A stretch of 64,000 bases of DNA from the NCBI GenBank assembly GCA_051439505.1, contig JBFRWI010000151.1:19413-83412 (forward strand), read 5' to 3'. This stretch comes from Hormoscilla sp. (GTDB taxonomy: Bacteria; Cyanobacteriota; Cyanobacteriia; Cyanobacteriales; Desertifilaceae). Positions 61,817 to 64,000 of this stretch are shown here, piece by piece. Position numbers and translations under genes: made by a program. The notes below the pieces were generated by a model. The model was not told the DNA's origin and did not search any database. It worked only from the letters and a program-made list of their open reading frames with translations. How positions within the stretch are numbered: the stretch's first letter is position 1; each line of letters starts with the position of its first letter.

Positions 61817-62062
61817 GTTGAAAACCCCAACCGAGAGGTTGAAAACCCCAACCGAGAGGTTTTAAACCCCAACCGAGAGGTTTTAAACCCCAACCGAGAG
61901 GTTTTAAACTTCAACCGAGAGGTTTTCAACCCCAACCGAGAGGTTTAAAACCCTGACAGAGAGGTTTTAAACCCCAACCGAGAGGTTGAAAACCTCAACC
62001 GAGAGGTTTTAAACCCCAACCGAGAGGTTTTCAACCCCAACCGAGAGGTTGAAAACCTCAAC
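61817..62062. repeat. 21-bp tandem repeat, ~11.7 copies
   Basis: Consensus GTT(G/T)(A/T)AAACCCCAACCGAGAG, contiguous, no spacers. Confidence 0.95.
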
Positions 62063-62196
62063 TTGGAACTCCAAAGGTCGAACTCCTTCCCTCACGTAGA
62101 TCTCGGGGGACACGGAAGGATCCGCCGAGTACCAACGGGTTTTTACCACACCCGGCAGATCCTCCCAGGCCGACTTTGTGCCTGTAGCGGCAGGTT

Positions 62197-63162
62197 TTAA
62201 CCTGCCGATGGAGTCTGCTGACTGGTAATCACCGATTTTTGGGAAAGCATCTGCCATGCCAACTTCGCCGCCCCTACCATTCCCGCCTGGTTGCCCAACT
62301 CTGCGACTAACAGCTGCAAACCTTCACGAGAAATTGGCAGTACCCGCTGTTCGATTTCTGATAATGTTGCGGGCAAGAAATATTCGGCACTCTCACTAAT
62401 GCCTCCCCCAAGGACGATCGCCTCTGGGGTGAGAATGTAAATCAGGTTAGCTAACCCCGCACCCAGATGATGTCCGTAGTTTTTCCAGAATTCCAATGCT
62501 TGCCTATTTCCCACTTTCGCCATGTGGGCAAGTTCCGCAGGAGTCATGCCAGTCCGCCGGCGCACTGCTGGCACGGAGACATGCTGTTCTAAAGATCCCC
62601 GATTACCACTATTGCATTTGTGACCGTAAAGTTCGATGGAAATTAACCCCAGTTCCCCAGCGGCACCGCGATGACCTGTAAACAGCTTGCCATCCAGGAT
62701 AATAGCACCACCCACTCCCGTACCGAGGGTAAGCATAATTAGATTCTGAAACTGCCGTCCGGCACCGGTCCATGCTTCTCCCAAAGCCGCACAGTTGGCA
62801 TCGTTAGCGAGAATTACTGGCAGTCCAGTTTTTTCTTCCAACCAGTCCGCGAAGGGAACGTCCTGCCAAGAAACCAGGTTAATGGCGATTTTCGATATTC
62901 TACCAGGGCCATCCACGGGACCGGGTAGGCCCACCCCGATCGCCAAACATTCCTGTTCGGGATCCAATTGGGCGATCGCCTCTACTGTCACCTCCAAAAC
63001 TGCTTCTGGTAATTGGGGTTTGGGAGTGGCCACTGTCATCGACTGACGGCAACTGCCATCGGGGCCAAATCTGCCTAGCTTAATTGCCGTGCCCCCAATA
63101 TCAATGCCGATCGCTTCTAGGCTATTATCGGGGTTAGACAAAATATCTGCGTCTGTTTCCAT
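62197..63162 (-). CDS. ROK family sugar kinase (glucokinase-like)
   Basis: IGIDIGGT, NDANCAALGE, TLGTGVGG, GELG, CNSGNRGSLE. Confidence 0.9.
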   Translation of the reverse strand: METDADILSNPDNSLEAIGIDIGGTAIKLGRFGPDGSCRQSMTVATPKPQLPEAVLEVTVEAIAQLDPEQECLAIGVGLPGPVDGPGRISKIAINLVSWQDVPFADWLEEKTGLPVILANDANCAALGEAWTGAGRQFQNLIMLTLGTGVGGAIILDGKLFTGHRGAAGELGLISIELYGHKCNSGNRGSLEQHVSVPAVRRRTGMTPAELAHMAKVGNRQALEFWKNYGHHLGAGLANLIYILTPEAIVLGGGISESAEYFLPATLSEIEQRVLPISREGLQLLVAELGNQAGMVGAAKLAWQMLSQKSVITSQQTPSAG

Positions 63163-63178
63163 GCCAATTCTGGTAATG

Positions 63179-64000
63179 TTAGGAATTCTGTCGTAATTTA
63201 GGATTAACGAACTCATTCAAACCTTCTCCCAGCAAAGATAACCCCACAACCATTAAAGTCATAGTCATGCCGGGAAAGAAGGCGGTCCACCAAATACCAG
63301 TGGGTAAAGCGTCTAAAGCCAGACGTAAATCATGTCCCCATTCTGGCACTTCTGAGGGCAGTCCCAGTCCCAGGAATCCCAAACCTCCCAGCGTTAGAAT
63401 AGCATCAGCGGCATTCAGGGTGAACAAAACTGGTACGCTCTGAATTACATTCAGTAATAGGTAGCGGGTCAGAACTGTCCAGGTGGAGGCCCCCATTGCT
63501 TGGGCCGCTTCGATAAAGAGTTCGGTTTTGACGCTGACTGTGTGGTTGCGGACGACGCGGTAATATTGGGGAACGTAGGAAATGCTGAGGGCGATCGCGG
63601 CATTAAAGACTCCCCGCCCCACCACAAAGGCCAGAGTCAGGGAAAGTAGCAGCCCTGGTAGAGTATAGATGGTATCCATCAAGAATAGTAACAGCTTGTC
63701 TAATCTACCTCCGAGATAGCCGCTGACTAAACCCAGGGGAACGCCAACAGCCAGACTCAGGGCCGTCGCCAACAGGACAACGCGCCATGCTGCTTGGGTG
63801 CCAAACATAGTACGGGAGAAAACATCGTAACCCTGGCGCGTCGTGCCAAACCAATGAGACAATGTGGGTGGTTCATGTACCGGGTTAATCAAAGATTCTG
63901 TCGGATCCTGTATCCATCCCCAGGTTTGGAATAGGGAGACCAAAAGGGCGATCGCCACAAATGCCAGAGTAATAGCAGTCCCCACAGCCATCAGCTGCAT
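63179..64000 (-). CDS. Peptide/nickel ABC transporter permease (DppC/OppC family), probably extends beyond the window
   Basis: HWFGTTRQGYDVFSR, EAA motif FIEAAQAMGAS, LGFLGLG.P..PEWG. Confidence 0.9.
   Translation of the reverse strand: MQLMAVGTAITLAFVAIALLVSLFQTWGWIQDPTESLINPVHEPPTLSHWFGTTRQGYDVFSRTMFGTQAAWRVVLLATALSLAVGVPLGLVSGYLGGRLDKLLLFLMDTIYTLPGLLLSLTLAFVVGRGVFNAAIALSISYVPQYYRVVRNHTVSVKTELFIEAAQAMGASTWTVLTRYLLLNVIQSVPVLFTLNAADAILTLGGLGFLGLGLPSEVPEWGHDLRLALDALPTGIWWTAFFPGMTMTLMVVGLSLLGEGLNEFVNPKLRQNS

Noticed and set aside
61817..62062. Possible CRISPR array
   Set aside because: Units are contiguous with no unique spacers; no cas genes in the window

Overview
Chromosomal window from a phycoerythrin-producing cyanobacterium. 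HIP1 (GCGATCGC) is abundant, and pebAB, a CpcL-type linker, cpcT, sqdBX, cyaB1 and ftsH4 are present. Housekeeping genes are interspersed with many REP/MITE-like palindromes and short tandem repeats. The most notable element is a 19.1-kb gene (6366 aa) for an acidic, Ca-binding surface protein. It has LamG, FG-GAP and other passenger domains nested inside Calx-beta domains, and ends in RTX repeats, two AapJ/NatF-like amino-acid-binding domains and a dockerin-like tail. It is preceded by a response regulator, a sensor kinase, a kinase-less 'H-box only' gene and a perfect 17-bp palindrome. Other notable items: a 3-4x tandem non-coding unit (palindrome + promoter-like + ydaO-like RNA motifs) upstream of a DUF3747-SLH gene; a partly duplicated and reciprocally decayed mrp operon; tandem ftsH4 paralogues; a stand-alone DXCF cyanobacteriochrome GAF; and several pseudogene remnants. 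All calls come from reading the sequence and recalling family motifs; no searches were run.
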